Source: Chloroflexota bacterium
Lineage (GTDB): Bacteria; Chloroflexota; UBA11872; VXOZ01
Reading direction: 5' to 3'
Assembly: GCA_963663275.1 (NCBI GenBank)
Contig: OY760183.1
Span: forward strand, 96,001 to 160,000
DNA: 64,000 bases
In this document: positions 1-8,838 of the stretch, piece after piece
How positions within the stretch are numbered: position 1 is the first letter of the stretch
Layout: each line of letters begins with the position of its first letter
Position numbers and translations under genes: made by a program
Notes under the pieces: model-generated
The model's input: the letters and a program-made list of their open reading frames with translations, nothing else
Databases searched by the model: none
What the model was told of the DNA's origin: nothing

Positions 1-549
1 CGGTTCCGCCGCCTTGGTGACCAGCAGGGGGCTTTCCTCTTCAGGAAGCAGCGCATAGTCGCCGCCGTCCGCGGCCAGGCGCACGGCCACGCGCACCGGC
101 TCCGGCCCGTTGGGATGGAGCGCGGCGGTGAAGCCCGGACTGCCCCCGCCGGTGTCGCCGTAGGTCACGTCGATCCAGTCACCGGCCCGCAGCGTTCCCC
201 GCGTAAGTGTCACCTCGGTATGGTACGCGCAGCGGTTGGGCGGCCCCGCCAGCGCCTCGCGGGTGCTTTTCTCGTATTCGTCGGTGGAGCCGTCGGGTAC
301 CACGCAGCGAACGTCCACGTCATCGCGGGAGGCGCGGGCCGAGACGTAGTTCGGACTGGCGGGATCGAGACTGTGCACGCCTTTGGCGGAGTTCCGCAAC
401 CAGGCGTGCCAGGTGTTCGGCAGCGCCACGGCAATTCCGTCGCCGGGGCCCAGCGCGCCTGCCGCAACCATGCAGCGCACCACCCACGTGCCGTACGCGC
501 CGGCCGTGCCCTGGGACGGTGAAACGGATGCGTGGATGCGCGGCAGCAT
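1..549 (-). CDS. DUF3604-like protein, N-terminal part (runs off left edge)
   Basis: Not in ORF track. Manual translation from ATG at 549 (RBS-like GAGAGGG) gives MLPRIHASVSPSQGTAGAYGTWVVRC...GDGIAVALP...TLRAGDWIDVTYGD, open to base 1 and similar to the N-terminus of 32590..34605 (AGAFGTWTITY..GGGIAVVP..LRAGEEIAVTLGD). Confidence 0.7.
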   Translation of the reverse strand, partial: MLPRIHASVSPSQGTAGAYGTWVVRCMVAAGALGPGDGIAVALPNTWHAWLRNSAKGVHSLDPASPNYVSARASRDDVDVRCVVPDGSTDEYEKSTREALAGPPNRCAYHTEVTLTRGTLRAGDWIDVTYGDTGGGSPGFTAALHPNGPEPVRVAVRLAADGGDYALLPEEESPLLVTKAAEP

Positions 550-568
550 GGCGTTTGCCCTCTCTACG

Positions 569-770
569 GAGACCCTTGCGTAACCCCGGTCGGCGCGCAT
601 TGAAACTCCCTCTCCCTGGGGAGAGGGCCGGGGTGAGGGGGAATCCTCGTCGGTTCGGCCCTCATTCCGCAAGATTCAGGCACGACGTGCCGCACAATCT
701 CCCCTCACCCTAACCCTCTCCCCCAGGAGAGGGAACTGTTCGCCTCTCAGCGAGGTTTTGCAAAGGTCTC
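569..770. mobile_element. MITE-like element, shell S1 (TIR GAGACCYTTGC), carrying two family-A hairpins
   Basis: Left GAGACCCTTGCGTAACC, right GGTTTTGCAAAGGTCTC; flanked by direct repeat CTACG (564-568, 771-775); inverted near-copies at ~14587-14795 and ~23950-24117. Confidence 0.8.
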
Positions 771-1024
771 CTACGGTTGCGACACCATGATTATAGCGTC
801 TTTGACGAAGGCGGCGTCTTTGACGAAGTCACCGGCTTTGCGGATGGCAGCGTCTTTTGATGAAGTCGGCGTCCGCGACCGGGTCCGTGCGCGCAACAAA
901 GCAGCCCGTCCCGAACCGCCGCCATTGACGGCGCGCGGCGATGCATAGATACTAATGACTGTAGGGGCTAATGGGAGCCCTGCACGGGACAAAGTCGTCC
1001 CTCAGACGCAAAGGAGTGGTTTCA

Positions 1025-1342
1025 ATGAAGACCTACATCATAATGGTCAAACTCCATACCGGCGGCCTGGGCGGCAAGAATCCGACCTACCAAGAGGCGA
1101 TTGCCGAAGGCGCGCCCGAAACGCGCCGGATAATCAAGCGCCAGGGCGGCAAGCTCATCGAGGCGTACCTGACCGCCGGGCCGTACGACGGCATCATGAT
1201 CACCGAATTTCCCAACGACGTAGCCTGTACGCGGGCCGTGGTGATCATGCGCGACGGCTTCGACATGTGCCACGCCGTGCGCGCTTTTCCGGAGAGCGAT
1301 TGGGCGCACCTTTCCGGGATAGAGAGAGAAAGCGAGAACTGA
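1025..1342 (+). CDS. GYD domain-containing protein
   Basis: GGKLIEAYLTAGPYDGIMITEFPND matches the GYD family pattern; ATG 1025 follows AAGGAGTGG. Confidence 0.8.
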   Translation: MKTYIIMVKLHTGGLGGKNPTYQEAIAEGAPETRRIIKRQGGKLIEAYLTAGPYDGIMITEFPNDVACTRAVVIMRDGFDMCHAVRAFPESDWAHLSGIERESEN

Positions 1343-1453
1343 CACCGGCATCGCGCCGCGGGACACGCTAACGTCCAAGCGGACGCGCCGCCGCGCATTT
1401 AAGCAACGCGTATGCTCAATACCCCGCAGCCGCGAGCAAGGAGGAGCCGACCG

Positions 1454-3142
1454 ATGAGCGCGGAAACGAACGTGGATACCAAACGCTTCAGCAAAGACAT
1501 CACCGTGGGGCCGAAGAGCGCGCCGGCGCGCTCCATGTTCCACGCCATGGGCTTCAGCAACGAGGACCTGGCAAAACCGCTTATCGGCGTGGCCAGCACC
1601 TGGAACGAGGTCACGCCCTGCAACTACCACCTGGACCGGCTGGCCAAAAAGGTGAAAGCGGGCATCCGCCAGGCCGGCGGCACGCCGATCGAGTTCGTGG
1701 CGATCACCGTCAGCGACGGCATCGCCATGGGCACCGAGGGCATGAGAACCAGCCTGGTGACCCGCGAAATCATTGCGGACTCGATCGAGGCGGTGGCCAT
1801 CGGCGAGCGGCTGGACGGCGTGGTCACCATCGCCGGTTGCGACAAGAGCCTGCCGGGCTGCGCCATGGCCATGGCGCGCCTGAACATCCCCAGCGTCTTC
1901 GTCTACGGCGGCAGCATCATGCCGGGGCGCTGGCAGGGCAAGGACGTGACCATCCAGGACGTGTTCGAGGCCGTGGGCGCCCACGCCGCCGGCAAGATTA
2001 CGGAAGACGAACTGACCGACCTGGAGTTGCACGCCTGTCCCGGCCCCGGCTCGTGCGGCGGCATGTACACGGCCAACACCATGTCCAGCGCCCTGGAAGC
2101 GATGGGCCTCTCCGTGCCCGGCAGCGCCTCGCCGCCGGCCATGGACGACCGCCGCGACCAGGTCTGCATCGATGCCGGACACCTGGTGATGGACTGCGTG
2201 CGCCATAACCGCCGCCCGTCCGACATCATTACGAAAGAAGCCATGGAGAACGCCGTGGCCGTGGCGCTGGCGGCCGGCGGTTCGACGAATGCCGCGCTGC
2301 ACCTGCCCGCCATCGCCTGGGAAGCGGGCGTGCCGTTCGACCTGGACGACATCGACCGGGTGAGCAAGCGCGTGCCCCACATCGCAGACATGCGCCCCGG
2401 CGGCCGCTACGTGATGGCCGACCTGGATAAAGTGGGCGGCGTGCCGTTGATTATGCGAGAGATGCTGCGCGCCGGTCTGCTGCACGGCGAGTGCCTTACG
2501 GTAACCGGCAACACGCTCGCGGAAGATGTAGGAGCAGCGCAGGTATCGGAAAACGGTCAGGACATCGTGCGCTCGACGGACGACCCCATTTTCGCTGGCG
2601 GCACGATGGTCATCCTGCGCGGCAACCTGGCGCCGGAAGGCGCGGTGGTGAAGGTGGCGGGCGTGGCGAACCGGGTGCACTCCGGCCCGGCGCGCGTCTT
2701 CGAGATCGAGGACGACGCGTTCAAAGCCGTGGTGAAGGGCCACATTAACGCGGGCGACGTGATCGTCATTCGCAACGAAGGGCCGAAAGGCGGGCCGGGC
2801 ATGAGGGAGATGCTGGCCGTGACCGGCGCGGTCTTTGGCCGCGGCCTGGGCGATTCGGTCGGTCTCATCACCGACGGTCGCTTCTCCGGCGCGACCCACG
2901 GCATGATGGTCGGCCACGTGGCCCCGGAAGCCGCCATGGGCGGCCCCATCGGCCTCATCCAGGAAGGCGACCGGATCACCATCGACGGCGACAACCAACA
3001 ACTCACCCTGCACGTGGACGACGCCGTGCTAGCCGAGCGCCGCCAACACTGGCAACCTCTGCAACCCCGCTACACCAAAGGCGTGCTGGCCAAATACGCC
3101 AAACTGGTCACCTCCGCCGCCCGCGGCGCGGTGTGCGAGTAA
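1454..3142 (+). CDS. ilvD: dihydroxy-acid dehydratase
   Basis: [34 protein letters not shown] and ITDGRFSG motifs; RBS GAGGAG before ATG 1454. Confidence 0.97.
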   Translation: MSAETNVDTKRFSKDITVGPKSAPARSMFHAMGFSNEDLAKPLIGVASTWNEVTPCNYHLDRLAKKVKAGIRQAGGTPIEFVAITVSDGIAMGTEGMRTSLVTREIIADSIEAVAIGERLDGVVTIAGCDKSLPGCAMAMARLNIPSVFVYGGSIMPGRWQGKDVTIQDVFEAVGAHAAGKITEDELTDLELHACPGPGSCGGMYTANTMSSALEAMGLSVPGSASPPAMDDRRDQVCIDAGHLVMDCVRHNRRPSDIITKEAMENAVAVALAAGGSTNAALHLPAIAWEAGVPFDLDDIDRVSKRVPHIADMRPGGRYVMADLDKVGGVPLIMREMLRAGLLHGECLTVTGNTLAEDVGAAQVSENGQDIVRSTDDPIFAGGTMVILRGNLAPEGAVVKVAGVANRVHSGPARVFEIEDDAFKAVVKGHINAGDVIVIRNEGPKGGPGMREMLAVTGAVFGRGLGDSVGLITDGRFSGATHGMMVGHVAPEAAMGGPIGLIQEGDRITIDGDNQQLTLHVDDAVLAERRQHWQPLQPRYTKGVLAKYAKLVTSAARGAVCE

Positions 3143-3172
3143 GTGGTTCACAGCCACCCAATCCCCCGCAAA

Positions 3173-3322
3173 GGGCTGACAGGGTTACGTACTCTACAAT
3201 CTAATTCAAGTGTCATTCCGAACGGAGCGCAGCGGAGAGAGGAATCTAGCGCTCGCTGCAAGAACGTCGGTTCCAGATTCCTCGCTCCGCTCGGAATGAC
3301 ATTTACATACCCTTGTCAGTCC
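3173..3322. mobile_element. MITE-like element, shell S2 (TIR GGGCTGACARGGGTA) with family-B hairpin cargo
   Basis: GGGCTGACAGGGTTACGTA ... TACATACCCTTGTCAGTCC enclosing TGTCATTCCGAACGGAG...CTCGGAATGACA. Confidence 0.75.
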
Positions 3323-3323
3323 G

Positions 3324-3450
3324 CGTAGGGGTACCCCTCATGGGTACCCAATTGCACCTGCCAACACACCGTGTAGGGGTACCCCTCGTGGGTACCCAAC
3401 ATCGCCCGCGAACCTGTCGAATGTCGTAGCGCGGGGGCTTGTCCACCGCA
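3324..3450. repeat. GTAG-type REP cluster
   Basis: GTAGGGGTACCCCTC(A/G)TGGGTACCC x2 and GTAGCGCGGGGGCTTGTCCACCGC. Confidence 0.8.
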
Positions 3451-3549
3451 AATGGTGGCGGCCGGGATCCGTCCCGGCAGGCGCACAATAGGCCGGTTCC
3501 CCGCTCGCGCCGGGGCTAGAAACACGTTGGAACCGCAAAAGGACACGCT

Positions 3550-3756
3550 ATGGCGGCGCCGGACCACATCGACTTGCGGGACTTACCCGAATCGGCCCAA
3601 CAGGAAGTCTACGACTTCTACCTGTTCGTGCGGCAGCGCGTCTTGACAGAACAGTCGGTTACCGCGGCAGGCGCAGGCGCTTTGCTGAGCGAAGAGGCGC
3701 TGGCTGACGACTGGAGCCGGCCCGAGGAAGATGAGGCATGGCAAGCGTTTCAGTAA
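3550..3756 (+). CDS. DUF2281-like putative antitoxin
   Basis: LPESAQQEVYDFYLF and C-terminal LLSEEALADDWSRPEEDEAW resemble antitoxins found upstream of PemK/MazF toxins; RBS AAAGGA. Confidence 0.65.
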   Translation: MAAPDHIDLRDLPESAQQEVYDFYLFVRQRVLTEQSVTAAGAGALLSEEALADDWSRPEEDEAWQAFQ

Positions 3757-3995
3757 GGGACTTGACGAATTGTCCGCTAGCAACTCTCGGGGCTTTATCG
3801 TGTGGCGGGGAGTCAGGATTGGGGTCTTGGAAGAAACGGGAAGGTAATGAAGCTAAGCAATAGTTCCCTATGACTCATCGGTAAGGCTATACTAGAGTGG
3901 AAGCAGATGGAGGAACGCCCGCGCGCTGTAGCCGCCACCGGCGCGGCAGCAGTACGAGCAGACGAGACCCCTCACGTCCATAGGGAGCAACGAAC

Positions 3996-4460
3996 ATGGC
4001 GGCAATTGACACCCACAAGGCTTTTCGCACGCTCACCGGCGCCGGCTTTCCGGATGATCAAGCCGAGGCGCTGGTAGAGACTATCGGCATAGGCAGCGAC
4101 GAGTTGGCAACCAAGGCCGACGTAGCCGATATGGCAACCAAGGAGGATATAGCGGCTGTCCGCGCGGAGATGGCGACCAAGACCGACGTAGCGGCTGTTC
4201 GCGAGGAGACGGCGACCCTCCGCGAGCAGACAGCGAACGTCCGCGAGCAGATGGCAACTCTCCGCGAGGAGGTGGCGACCAAGGCCGATATAGCCGATAT
4301 GGCGACCAAGGCCGATATAGCCGATATGGCGACCAAGGGCGACCTCAAAGACATGCACATCCACTTGGAACAGCGGATGACAAACCTGGTCATCCAAATG
4401 GTCATCCTCCAACTCATGGTGGGCGGGCTCATCGTGGCCTTGATTAAGCTGCTGCCCTAG
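3996..4460 (+). CDS. DUF1640/CCDC90-like coiled-coil membrane-anchored protein
   Basis: IDTHKAFRTLTGAGFPDDQAEAL head, repeated ATKxD coiled coil, hydrophobic C-terminal helix. Confidence 0.75.
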   Translation: MAAIDTHKAFRTLTGAGFPDDQAEALVETIGIGSDELATKADVADMATKEDIAAVRAEMATKTDVAAVREETATLREQTANVREQMATLREEVATKADIADMATKADIADMATKGDLKDMHIHLEQRMTNLVIQMVILQLMVGGLIVALIKLLP

Positions 4461-4462
4461 CC

Positions 4463-4603
4463 TTGGAACGCCGGCACGCTGCACTGGAACAGCGCCTCAA
4501 TCGCCGGACAACGCAATTGGCTATGCTCGTCGCCGCCGCGCTCGGTGTTGCGGTGGTAACTCTGAAGTGGATGCCGCAACTGTTCGTTCGCCGCCGGGTG
4601 TAG
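4463..4603 (+). pseudogene. Orphan C-terminal fragment resembling a DUF1640 tail
   Basis: TTG..TAG frame reads LERRHAALEQRLNRRTTQLAMLVAAALGVAVVTLKWMP..., paralleling HLEQRM...GGLIVALIKLLP of the upstream gene. Confidence 0.4.
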
Positions 4604-4664
4604 TCTTCTCTCGCTGAACGACGCAGGTTTGCACCCTGCGCTAACGGAACTGCGGTTTTCGCTC

Positions 4665-7600
4665 TTACCGGCGCGGGTTGTTGAAGGGATTCCAATAGAT
4701 GAGCACCCGGTTGCGGTTGAGGTCGGCCACGTAGAGGTTGTCGTTTTCGTCAAAGGTCGCCGCGTAGGGCATCGAAGCGAAGTCGCGCAGGAAGCCGCTG
4801 GGCTGCGTGCTTGGGCCGAGCGGATCATCGTAGTACGCGACAAAGCGAGGGCCAAAATAGCTATTCAAGCCCACCACCATCCTGTTGGCGCTGTCGAACG
4901 CCGGCTCCCACGTGGCCGTTGACTGAGGAGACATCCAGGTGCTACCCACGGCTATTCTATGCCCAGCACCCCAGAATGACACAAAAAACCTATCCTCGAC
5001 CGAATCCAAGTCGCCGAACACCTTCGCCGCGGCCGGGGCAAAGACTGCCGTGTGATTGTCAATCGGAATCGAGCCGGCGGCAAAGATCAAGAGCCGCCAG
5101 TTTCCCGCTACTTCCAACGAATGGTCGGAGACGTAGAGATTGCCCAGCCGGTCGATGGAAAGCGCGCCCGGGAAGCAGAGCATGTCGGGCTCCGGCGAGT
5201 CTGTCACTTCCTCCGGCCGGTCCCACGCGCTAATGTGCGCCCGCCGGTTGCACATGTTTCCCGCCGCGTTCTTCTGCCCCAGGATCACGTCCACCACCGG
5301 GTCGCCCAGCGGATCGCGCAGCCGCAAGACCCGGTGGTTGTACGAGTCGCTGATCCAGACCGCTTCTCCGTTGCCTACCGGCGCGATGCCGCGAATGTGG
5401 GGGCCAAGTGTGACCCACTCACTTGAACCGAGAAGTCTGTACTTGGTGGGGCCCAGTGTGACCCTCTCGTTCGTCCCCAGCACCGGGAAACTCACGTTGT
5501 CCGTTGAAATGGTCTTAATCGGCGCCGCGTCCGCGGTGAGCGGCAATTGGTAGACGTCGATGAACCGCGTGACGTCGGTGCCCAGGACCCAGAGCCTGCC
5601 CGCTCCATCAACCTTGATCTGGCCGCAGCACTCCTCCAAACCCGGCGACCAGTAGGTCTCACCCACCACGCCGTCGGCTGGCTGGCCGTTGCGCAGGCCG
5701 GCAACCCCGTTCCAGAACAGTATTCGCTTCGTGTCCGCCGCGATGAGCTGGTCCTGAAACACCGCGACCCCGATCCCGTTGCGCAGTTCCCTGGCGGCCT
5801 TGTAATTGATGCCTCCCGGCGGATAGAACAGCCGTTTGTCGGGCAAAGCGGTCACGCCGCTGTCCGCATCGGGAATGGGAGCGGAGAAGCGCAGAATGTC
5901 CTGGGTGTGCAAAGCTACCGGCATCAGCAGATTCCCTTGCGCGTCGATGCCGATGCCGCCGCCGCTGCGGCACAGGCCGGGAGCGCCCGGCACGCTCGAT
6001 AGATCCAGGCCGCCGCACTGCCCATCCGGCCGGTACGAATCCTTGCCCAACACTTTCAGCACGTTCGCGCCCGCCCAGTCCCAGAGTTCAATCATCTTGT
6101 TGTTGGAGTCGTTCACCCACACGCCTCGATTCTCCGGGTCAAACTCGAGCGACGTGGGACGGTTGAAATTCGCGCCGAAGACGGACGTCACCGCCATGCC
6201 CGAGGCGAGAGGAGGCGCGTAGACCAGGATGCGGTCGTTCTCTTTGTCCGCAACGTAGACCCATCCTCTGCCGTCGGTTCTGACTGCCGCCGGCAGGTTC
6301 AGTTCGGCAAGTCCGTTTCCCTCTTCTTTGCTCTGAAAGTCCGGTTGGCCGAGCACCAGGTCGGCATGTTTGGCGATTCTGCCGGTGGCGCGGTTGAGGG
6401 AAAACCGCAGGACGCGGTGATTCGCCGTATCCGCCACCCAGAGATTGCCGGCGAAGTCGATATTCACACCGCTGGCGGCCCAAGCGCCGCCATGTAAGGA
6501 TCTGTGGAAACACAACGTCTCCCGCGTGGGCGAAAACCCCTCACTGTCCCGGTTGCAGGCGATGCCCGCGAAGTTCTGCTGTCCCCAGACCTCATCGGCA
6601 ATCGTGTCAGTCTCGAACGGGCGCACATACTTTAGTACGCGGTTATTGAGGGAATCCGGTACGTAGAGATTGCCCTCCGCGTCAACCGCCATAGTTACAA
6701 ACGTGTGCGCTTCATCGACGGAAATCACGGTATCGGCAATGCCGCAGAGCGTCGCGGCGGTGGCAACGGCGCGATAGGGGAAGTTCTGCACGTTTGAATC
6801 GCCGTTACAGGCGGAGTGATCGAAGCCCGACGGCTGGCCGATGACAATGTCGGCCACGCAGGGCCCCGGCCCGGCATAGCACGTGCCGAGGTCGATGCCG
6901 AGAATGCGGCTGTTGCCCGCGTCCCAGATGTACGCCCGGCCCGGGCTGACCGAGCGATCGACGACCACGCCGCCCGGGTTGAACACCTTGAACGGAACCA
7001 CTTGCTCTTCAGAGACCTGCGAGATGTCCGGCTGGCCGATGACCACGTCCGCCCACAAGTCCCCGGGCACGCCCCTGACCGCTAGGGTCCGCGCAAACGG
7101 CGCAAAGTCATTCAGGATGCTTGGCTTGCCGACAAGGTTCGTGAACGCCTGGCGGGAAACACGCGCCAGATCGATCAGGTCGTGCAGCCTGTTCAGTTCG
7201 AAGGCAAAGCCCCGGCTATTGCCGGGCGCAAGACTCCTGATGCCGTCCTGCACCCAAGGCAAAGCCGTTATGGCCGCCGCCGCCTCCGGATCGCTCCGTT
7301 TGAGCGACAAGAGAGCGGCGACGGCGGCCACGTTTTCAGCCGCGCCGTGGCCCAGCGCGGGATGTGATAACGCCTCTTGAAGCGCGGCAGGGTTGGCTTT
7401 CAGTTCATCGGTCAGCGCCCTCATCGCCTCCACGTCCGCGCGTTCGATTGTGTTCAGGAAAGCCAGCCGGATGAGTCCCAGCACGCCCGCTTGGTCAACC
7501 GCGCCCATGGCAACGAGTTGATCAAGGAACGAGACCTCCACCTCATAGCGGGGCGGCAACCAGTTCCATTCAGACTCCAGCAGGGCGCGCAAGACCTGCG

Positions 7601-8021
7601 AAGAGTCTTGTGCCAGCGTTTGCAGAGACGCAACGGCGCGCGTCTCCAGGTCCGTCAAGCCGTCCCGCACCCAGGGCAGGGCCTCAATCGCGCGCGCCGC
7701 TTCCCACGGCAAGAGTTCGGTGTTCAGTCGTTGCTCCAGCCCGTTGGGGCCGTTGACCCAGGTGCGGTAGCCGTCGGTGAAGGCGATCCAGTTGTCGGCC
7801 TTGCGCCAGACCAGGAGGCCGCCGGTGGTGCGCTGCTCGCTGTCCCCGGCGGCGGTGTAGCGCTGGTCTTCCAGGCATTCGCCGACGACATCGTGGCCGA
7901 TGAGGTCGCGGAGGGTCTTGAAGCCGAGCACGAATTGGCAGTCCGCCGCGGCGTGGGCGGACGCGGCGGCAAAGAACGTGAGGCAGAGACTCAAGGCAAT
8001 AGCGGCAAGCGACTTCTTCAT
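4665..8021 (-). CDS. Large secreted protein: signal peptide, conserved ~85-aa N-terminal domain, helical LPWVxDG repeats, NHL-repeat beta-propeller
   Basis: MKKSLAAIALSL..AHA signal; NHL motifs (GNLYVPDSLNNRVL, GNLWVADTANHRVL, ADxVxGQPDF); N-terminal domain shared with 8839..10293. Confidence 0.85.
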   Translation of the reverse strand: MKKSLAAIALSLCLTFFAAASAHAAADCQFVLGFKTLRDLIGHDVVGECLEDQRYTAAGDSEQRTTGGLLVWRKADNWIAFTDGYRTWVNGPNGLEQRLNTELLPWEAARAIEALPWVRDGLTDLETRAVASLQTLAQDSSQVLRALLESEWNWLPPRYEVEVSFLDQLVAMGAVDQAGVLGLIRLAFLNTIERADVEAMRALTDELKANPAALQEALSHPALGHGAAENVAAVAALLSLKRSDPEAAAAITALPWVQDGIRSLAPGNSRGFAFELNRLHDLIDLARVSRQAFTNLVGKPSILNDFAPFARTLAVRGVPGDLWADVVIGQPDISQVSEEQVVPFKVFNPGGVVVDRSVSPGRAYIWDAGNSRILGIDLGTCYAGPGPCVADIVIGQPSGFDHSACNGDSNVQNFPYRAVATAATLCGIADTVISVDEAHTFVTMAVDAEGNLYVPDSLNNRVLKYVRPFETDTIADEVWGQQNFAGIACNRDSEGFSPTRETLCFHRSLHGGAWAASGVNIDFAGNLWVADTANHRVLRFSLNRATGRIAKHADLVLGQPDFQSKEEGNGLAELNLPAAVRTDGRGWVYVADKENDRILVYAPPLASGMAVTSVFGANFNRPTSLEFDPENRGVWVNDSNNKMIELWDWAGANVLKVLGKDSYRPDGQCGGLDLSSVPGAPGLCRSGGGIGIDAQGNLLMPVALHTQDILRFSAPIPDADSGVTALPDKRLFYPPGGINYKAARELRNGIGVAVFQDQLIAADTKRILFWNGVAGLRNGQPADGVVGETYWSPGLEECCGQIKVDGAGRLWVLGTDVTRFIDVYQLPLTADAAPIKTISTDNVSFPVLGTNERVTLGPTKYRLLGSSEWVTLGPHIRGIAPVGNGEAVWISDSYNHRVLRLRDPLGDPVVDVILGQKNAAGNMCNRRAHISAWDRPEEVTDSPEPDMLCFPGALSIDRLGNLYVSDHSLEVAGNWRLLIFAAGSIPIDNHTAVFAPAAAKVFGDLDSVEDRFFVSFWGAGHRIAVGSTWMSPQSTATWEPAFDSANRMVVGLNSYFGPRFVAYYDDPLGPSTQPSGFLRDFASMPYAATFDENDNLYVADLNRNRVLIYWNPFNNPRR

Positions 8022-8025
8022 TCGT

Positions 8026-8145
8026 CTACTCTACGATCTCCATTTGGCCGGTTGCGGCGGATTCGTAGGCCGCGAAGACGGTGTGCCCGGTCTTATCCGC
8101 GTTGCCGGCGCCCAAGAAGCGTTTGCCGCCAGTCTAGACCACCCA
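8026..8145 (-). pseudogene. Relic 3' end of a Gfo/Idh/MocA oxidoreductase gene
   Basis: Reads WVV*TGGKRFLGAGNADKTGHTVFAAYESAATGQMEIVE*, against WAVRTGGKPFLGADAAEKVMHTVFAAYESAASGRIVKIG* of 11179..12231. Confidence 0.8.
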
Positions 8146-8150
8146 CATCT

Positions 8151-8409
8151 CGTAGGGGTACCCCTCGTGGGTACCCTCTTCTTTTGGTTCCGGCTACGAC
8201 CAAGCCTGCCTACGGGCGCCCACAAGGGGCGCCCCTACCCGGTGGTCGCTGACCGTTCGCGAGTACCCGCGTAGGGGTACTCCTCGTGGGTACCCTCTTC
8301 TTTTGGTTCCGGCTACGGCCAAGCCCGTCTTCGGGCGCCCACAAGGGGCGCCCCTACCCGGTGGTCGCCGACCGTTCACGAGTACCCGCGTAGGGGTACC
8401 CCTCCTGGG
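8151..8409. repeat. BIME-like tandem of inverted GTAG-REP pairs (119-bp unit x2 plus partial)
   Basis: CGTAGGGGTACCCCTCGTGGGTACCC...GGGCGCCCACAAGGGGCGCCCCTACCC units start at 8151, 8270, 8389. Confidence 0.85.
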
Positions 8410-8583
8410 CAATGCTATCGCATTGAAGGTGGAGAGTCACGAGTATGAGCCTCTACACGGCTTGGCACGCTGTGTAGGGGCACGACATGTCGTGCCCCTA
8501 CACCTTGTTGACGATAGGTCAAGCGCATTAACAGCGCGGATTCGCCGTGGTTGCCTGATTCAGCAGTTAGTGCGACAGCGCCG
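8410..8583. mobile_element. MITE-like element, shell S3 (TIR CAATGCTRTCGCATT) inserted in a GTAG-REP
   Basis: Near-copy of 53746-53920; internal perfect palindrome GTGTAGGGGCACGACATGTCGTGCCCCTACAC; 11-bp flanks CCCCTCCTGGG/CCCCTCGTAGG. Confidence 0.75.
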
Positions 8584-8838
8584 CCCCTCGTAGGCGCCCC
8601 TACGGCATGGCCGGCCAAGTCTCTGCTTCCATTGCTCATCATCGCCGACGCGGGCGATGCGCGGTCATGGAAAGACCGGCAATCGTGGACGTAGGTTGTG
8701 CGCACGCCGCAGCAAGGCGCACTATCTGCCGGACACCGTGGCAAGGCGGCTATCTGGCGGACACCGTGGCAAGGAGCGCACTTCCGCCCCACACCGCAAC
8801 GAGGCGCGCTTGCTGGCTAATTCCGTAAAGGCGGCTTC

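Noticed and set aside
383-583. Short plus-strand ORF
   Set aside because: The minus-strand frame 549..1 has DUF3604-like similarity and an RBS, so it is preferred.
1022-3013. Long antisense ORFs (also 32596..34665, 54167..55855, 22183..23427, 40470..42230)
   Set aside because: Shadow frames of high-GC genes that have clear homology on the opposite strand.
8712-8775. 28-bp tandem repeat GGACACCGTGGCAAGG
   Set aside because: Only about 2.5 copies with no spacers or other copies; likely local slippage.
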